Positions 53,953 to 64,000 of a DNA stretch of 64,000 bases are shown here, piece by piece. Numbering within the stretch: the stretch's first letter is position 1; each line of letters begins with the position of its first letter. Under the pieces are notes generated by a model. That model was not told where the DNA came from and searched no databases. It was given only the letters and a program-made list of their open reading frames with translations. Made by a program: the position numbers and the translations under genes. The DNA comes from the human T2T-CHM13v2.0 reference genome, Homo sapiens. The DNA is taken from assembly GCF_009914755.1 (NCBI RefSeq), contig NC_060932.1; one strand, given 5' to 3'.

Positions 53953-54352
53953 TCAGCTGATGAGACTGTGTGATTGTAAGAATAGTTAGAGAAGGCTGTG
54001 TTTACCAGCTGGTATACAAAAAAGAAGTTAGAATAAAACACAATGACTGTTACTGGTCTTGTGTATCCAGGCAGAGTCACGAGCTGAGTAAATAGATAGC
54101 ATGGCTTTAGAAGAGAAGGTGTATATTTTTTTCAGGCTCACTGAACCACTACATGTGAGAAATAACAAGGGCAGAGTGACCTGGAACACAAAAACGTCAT
54201 TATTCCTGCAGCTCTGCTCCTGGGGAGTAGCCCACAATCACAAGCAGCAGGAGGGGAGTGGAGTCACATCTATAGTGGCTTTGCAATCTTTTACTGCCTA
54301 CTACAAAATTGGCCCTCTTCACACTGCATCTTCAGCATGGGACCTGTCCTTA

Positions 54353-54718
54353 TCCTGGAAATAGCTTTTCTTTGCTAAATATTGCAGCCTGGCTCGACCC
54401 CGAACATCCGCTCGGTTCAGTCACTTGGAGTTTCCTTCTTTCTGCCAGATCAATCATCTGCTCCTGTTGTATCAGTGAATGTGATTAGAATTATCTCCCT
54501 TTGTTGGGAAGACAGACTCTAATGGTGTAGAGTTCTATTTTGTTTTTGTTTTTTCTTTGAGCAGAAACATGGGCACCATGACATTCTTCTGTGAAAATCC
54601 AGCATAATAATCTTCAGTTGGCTAAAGTTAGGATGTACTATTAACTGTTTCACTTCCACTTGGTTATAAGCCAGTGATTTTGAAGTTTATGACTGTGACC
54701 CATGGGAGAGTGTTCAAT
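54353..54718. repeat. Left arm of a non-Alu inverted duplication (partner 58471-58850), flanked by 16-bp direct repeats
   Basis: Reverse complement aligns colinearly with 58471-58850 at roughly 90% by eye; ATGGGACCTGTCCTTA at 54337-54352 and 54719-54734. Confidence 0.93.
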
Positions 54719-55740
54719 ATGGGACCTGTCCTTACTGCCACAGGGAATTTTGAAAATACTGTAGATCTTGCTTTTCTGTCAGTTTGACCTGAAAGGAGTT
54801 CCTCATGTTGGAATACTATTGGGAGTTCCATATAGGGTCATCATATTGCGTCCTCATAGCTGACCCTAAAAACTGGGATTCTCTTTAACCTTTCCAAATC
54901 CCCATCTGAGGACTTGTGCTCTGGACAAGACCTTATTGTTTGCAAGAATAGACTGTCTTGAGAGAACCTTTTTATTTTAGGGATGGAGCCAGAATGAAGT
55001 TACTTTCCACAAACCTATTCTAACCTATTGATCCTGCAGGAACCATTTTCCTATTGGTAGAAGGGACTGCAGAGAAAAGTTACTCTCTCATTTACTCATT
55101 TGCTTATTTGGTGAATTTTTTTTTTTTTTTTGACAGAGTTTCGCTATTTTGCCCAGGCTGGAGTGAAGTGGCACGATCTCAGCTCACTGCAACCTCCATC
55201 CCCTGGGGTTCAAGCAATTCTCCTGCCTCAGCCTCCTGAGTAGCTGGGATTATAGACACCTGCCACCATGCCCAGCTAATTTTTTGTTTGTTCGTTTGTT
55301 TTTGTATTTTTAGTGGAGACCGGGTTTCATGATGTTGGTCAGGCTGGTCTCAAACTCCTGACCTCAGGTGATCCACCCCCCTCGGCCTCCCAAAGTGCTA
55401 GGATTACAGGTGTCAGCCACCGTGCCCGCCCCATTTGGTGATATTTTTATTGAGCATCTGCTATGTGTCTGGTGCTTTGCACCCTAGAGACACAGCAGAA
55501 AAGAGCCAGACATAGTACCTTTGTGAAGCTTTTATTCTAGTGGGTGAGATAGACATTAATCTAGTGGCTTCAATAAAATGTAACAATAAGGAAGCACAGA
55601 TACCTTTCTCTCAGAGGGGTTAAACTTGTTCTGTGCTTTTGCTTTTGTTGTCTAATAGAAAGCAGTAATTCTCTTTTCTACCAATAACTTGGAGAAAAAA
55701 AAAAGTAGTAATTGAAAAACTCTAAGCGGAGGTTCTGCAG

Positions 55741-55905
55741 CAGTGGTTCTCAAGCAGGCCTGATTTTGTCCCCAGGGGGCATTTGGCAATGTCTCCAAAG
55801 ATATTTGGTCATCACAACTGAGTACTACTAGCATCTGGTGCGTTAAGCTTTTTATAATGAACAGGATGGCCCAAAATGTCAGCAACACAAGGGTTAGAAA
55901 CTGCT
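55741..55905. mobile_element. MER20-like hAT relic
   Basis: cagtggttctcaa...ttttgtccccagggggcatttggcaatgtct...ccaaaatgtcagc...gttagaaactgctg. Confidence 0.8.
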
Positions 55906-55924
55906 GTCTATATCATATGGGTAA

Positions 55925-56041
<117 letters not shown>

Positions 56042-56639
56042 TGAGTAGCTGGGATTACAGGCTCCTGCCACCATGCCCAGCTATTTTTTTTGTATTTTTA
56101 GTAGAGATGGGGTTTCACTATGTTGGCCAGGTTGGTCTCTAACTCCTGACCTCGTGATTCGCCTGCCTTCGGCCTCCCAAAGTGCTGGGATTACAGATGT
56201 GAGCCACCGTGCCCGGCCCAGAGTAGCTTTCGCCTTTTATTTTTAAAACATAAATTCTTTGGTATTATATTTACTACTAATAATATATTAACACTTTGTG
56301 GGCCAGGTATTGTGCTAAGAACTTTTCATTGATCATCTCATTTATTCATGAGAAAATATGAAATAAGGAAAAGTATCCTCATTTCACAAATAAGAAAACA
56401 GAGGTTCAGAGAGATTAAATAATGTCCTTTGGGATTTGAAACCAGGTTTGGCAAAGCCTAGGCTCTTAACCACCTTACTCTCTATCCCTTCTTGTGATAC
56501 TGTCATTACTTTGCATTCTTATGAAGTTTTGTAGTTTCAAAGAATTTTCATATGATTATCTCCAAAGCACAAACTTATGATAAAGCACTGGCTTGGAAGT
56601 CAAGTGTATGTTTGAGTGTGGTCCTCCTTTACACTGTGA

Positions 56640-57006
<367 letters not shown>

Positions 57007-57036
57007 TGAACTAGAATTATTTCTCAGGTCGCTTTC

Positions 57037-57676
<640 letters not shown>

Positions 57677-58134
57677 CAGGGGCTTAAAACAATAAAAATT
57701 TTGTTCTGGCTTGTGTTGTGTGCATCATGAGGTGGCTGGGAATCCTGCTCCATTTTTTTCTTCATCCCAGGACTCGGGATGGAGCAGCCTCCATCTCAAA
57801 GGTCACCAACATCAGCAGTAGAGAGAAAGGGAGCACAGCAAATCTGTAGTGGCTCTTAAAGCTTCACCTGGAGCGATACACATCACTTCTCCTCACATGT
57901 TATTGGCTAAGTCATTTGGCCACACCTAACTTCAAGGAGTGGGGAAATGCCATCCCTTCATGTGCCTGGGAAAGAAACTAAAAACAACTGATGAACAGCA
58001 TGAATGACTGCCACAAGCATGTACCCTTACCGTGTAGATACATTCTGATGTTTTCTTTTCTTTTTAATTCAACTAGGTACTAGTCTACTCTACCCTACCC
58101 TATTCTATTCTGTTCCTTTTATTTTATTTTTTAA

Positions 58135-58347
<213 letters not shown>

Positions 58348-58470
58348 TAATCTGTCTGCCTTGCGCTCCCAAAGTGCTAGGATTACAGGTGTGAGCCACC
58401 GTGCCTGGCCTAAAACCTTTTTTTTAAAAAAATTATACTGCCTTCCAGAAAATGCTAGTCAGAACCCTAT

Positions 58471-58850
58471 ATATTGATTTCAAAACTCTCCTATGACTGT
58501 GATTGGGTCACAGTCATAAACTTCAAAATCACTGGCTTATATCCAAGTGGAAGTGAAACAGTTAATAGTAAACTCCAACTTTAGCCAATTGGAGATTATT
58601 ATGCTGGATTTACACAGAAAAATGTCATAATGCCCATGTTTCTGCTCAAAGGGAAAACAAAACAAAATAGAACTCTACACAAGCCTGTCCTCTCAACAAA
58701 GGGAGATAATTCTAATCACATTCGCTGATACAACAGCAGCAAATGATTGCTCTGGCAGAAAGAAGGAAACCCCAAGTGACTGAGCCGAGTGGGATGTTCA
58801 GGGTACAGCCAGGCTGTAATATTTAGCAAACAAAGAAAAGCTATTTCCAG
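58471..58850. repeat. Right arm (probable donor) of the inverted duplication
   Basis: For example gggtcacagtcataaacttcaaaatcactggcttat (58505-58540) is the exact reverse complement of 54666-54701. Confidence 0.93.
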
Positions 58851-59161
58851 CCGGGCTCGGTGGCTCACGCCTGTAATCCCAGCACTTTGGAAGGCCGAGG
58901 CAGGCGGATCACCTGAGGTCAGGAGTTCGAGACCAGCCTGGTCAACGTGGTGAAACCCTGTCTCTGCTAAAAATGCAAAAAAAATAAGCTGGGCATAGTG
59001 GTGTGTGCCTGTAATCCTAGCTACTGAGGAGGCTGAGGCAAGAGAATCGCTTGAACCTTGGAGGAGGAGGTTGCAGTGAGCTGAGATTGCGTCACTGCAC
59101 TGTAGCCTGGGCAACAGAGAAGGACTCTGTCAAAAAAAAAAAAAAAAAAGAGAGAGAAAAT
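58850..59161 (+). mobile_element. AluS-type element inserted at the edge of the duplicated arm
   Basis: TSD aaaagctatttccag at ~58836-58850 and 59162-59176. Confidence 0.93.
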
Positions 59162-59185
59162 AAAAGCTATTTCCAGGAAAATGGG

Positions 59186-62589
<3,404 letters not shown>

Positions 62590-62869
62590 TGAATGCTGTT
62601 TTACTAATAATTTGCCACCTTATTTGTAAGTACAGTCTTGATTAGATAATTTACCAAAGAACATTGATAATTCTTCCTAGAAATAAAGGTAGAGGGAATC
62701 ATATTATTTACATACAGGCTTGGCTATTTAGTAGGCTAGGGTTTAGAATCTGTGCCCATACATTTTAATGAAGTATAATTTTGTGTTGATTACTTCTATC
62801 TAGATAGGAAGATATGTTGCTTTCTAGAGTTTATGTAAGCTTTGTCTCTTTAAGGAGGCTAATACCATT

Positions 62870-63100
62870 AAGCTAATAATAATAACGGGTAACATTTATT
62901 GACCTTCCTATGTGTCAGACACCATATACTTTACATGGAATATCTTGTTGTGTCTCATTTAATTCTTGCAACAACCCTCTAAGGCAGGTAGTGTTGCTAT
63001 CCTCATTATACAGATGAGAATGCCAAGGCACAGATAGGTTAAGGAACTTTCCTAAAGTCACCCTGTAAGTGGCAGAGATGGAGTTTGAATTCAGGAGGTG
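62870..63100 (-). mobile_element. MIR
   Basis: aacatttattga...ctcatttaattctt...cctcattatacagatgagaa...gagtttgaattcagg. Confidence 0.8.
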
Positions 63101-63123
63101 TGGCCGAGTTAGCAGTCATAAAT

Positions 63124-63160
63124 CTAACTAACTAACTAACTAACTAACTAACAAACAAAC
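63124..63160 (+). repeat. (CTAA)n grading into (CAAA)n microsatellite
   Basis: About 7 CTAA units then CAAA units. Confidence 0.9.
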
Positions 63161-64000
63161 ATCAAAATCTCTTGTCCACTCACGGGACTCCTTTACCAAG
63201 TCTCTTGAATTCTTGCCTAGGCCAGTGGAGAGAGTTATCCCAGAGCCTCAGACCTGCAGGCATACCGACTCCCACTGCCTTGCAGAAAGAGGTTCAGGAG
63301 CAGTGTTTTTGGTAGTCGCTTGAACTATTTCTTCTGGGAACATCATTATCTCTGTTGTGATTCCTCAGAGCAGTAGTCAAGGTCTCAGAGTAAAGGCCTC
63401 CCTGCATACTTGTGGCCACTTATCTCACTGGGCATGCGAGACAATGTCCAAGTTACGCAAGACAGGCTGACGAGCATCCTATTAGCACGAAAACATGATG
63501 CACCCTGGGTGGATGAGTTTGGACTCATAGCTGGTCCCCAGGCCTAAACTTCCCAGAAGAGTGGGAGAATCAGTGGCTTCCTTTTGAATTCCCAGGCAGT
63601 GTGCCCGGTCACAAGGCATTCCCCAGGAAGGGTGAAGCTGTCTTGGGACGCAGAAATTTGGAACACCATCTGGGAATTAACAAAGAGATAAGATTTTCAG
63701 TTCAATGGCATTCAAGTTGATTTATGCTTCAGTACCAGGGACTTGATATCAAGTCCCTAGAGAAATAGGGACATACCGGGACTATTAGTGAATCAAACAG
63801 AAAAGAAGAAGTAGGCTAATAAGCATCCTTAGGAAAGGGAGGGAGGAAGGCTGTCCTGCTTTCAACTTAATAAGGAGTTTGTCCTAAGTAGGAGGACATT
63901 TCTCTATGTTCAGCTTTTAGCAAGGCTGTGGCTGTTGTAATCTGCAATCTGTTTTCTCTCTGCCTGGCTAGGGCCTGGGCTCCTCTTTGGCTGTCTCAGT

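Noticed and set aside
54353-54718. Processed pseudogene or classical retrocopy explanation for the TSD-flanked insert
   Set aside because: No poly(A), no ORF, no spliced structure, and the donor is contiguous genomic DNA 4 kb away.

Overview
Human (primate) genomic DNA, very Alu-dense, not microbial. The only protein-coding sequence I can support is a short terminal exon at 30372-30500 (+), which reads VCQFVVSVNGLNVLHVDYRTVSNLILTGPRTIVMEVMEELEC*. I recognise this as the C-terminal end of the PDZ domain of DEPTOR (mTOR inhibitor, chr8q24). Positions 1-30371 are therefore the distal part of DEPTOR's last intron. The 3' UTR runs to an AATAAA at 31692, and the rest is downstream sequence (COL14A1 is the next gene by recollection; I see none of its coding exons). 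The supplied ORFs are Alu-derived or chance frames. About 60 Alu pieces plus MIR, L2, L1, MaLR/ERV LTRs and DNA-transposon relics fill much of the window; subfamily names are by-eye calls and repeat boundaries are approximate. I found no convincing new gene system. The most unusual structure is a set of non-transposon duplications that look like repair or template-switch scars: a ~366-bp inverted copy of nearby unique DNA flanked by a perfect 16-bp direct repeat (54337-54734 vs 58471-58850), a ~105-bp fold-back duplication lying between those arms, a ~45-bp copy of DEPTOR intronic DNA 28 kb away, and a THE1 solo LTR flanked by a 53-bp rather than 5-bp duplication that still has a TATA box, DUX4-like motif and splice donor.
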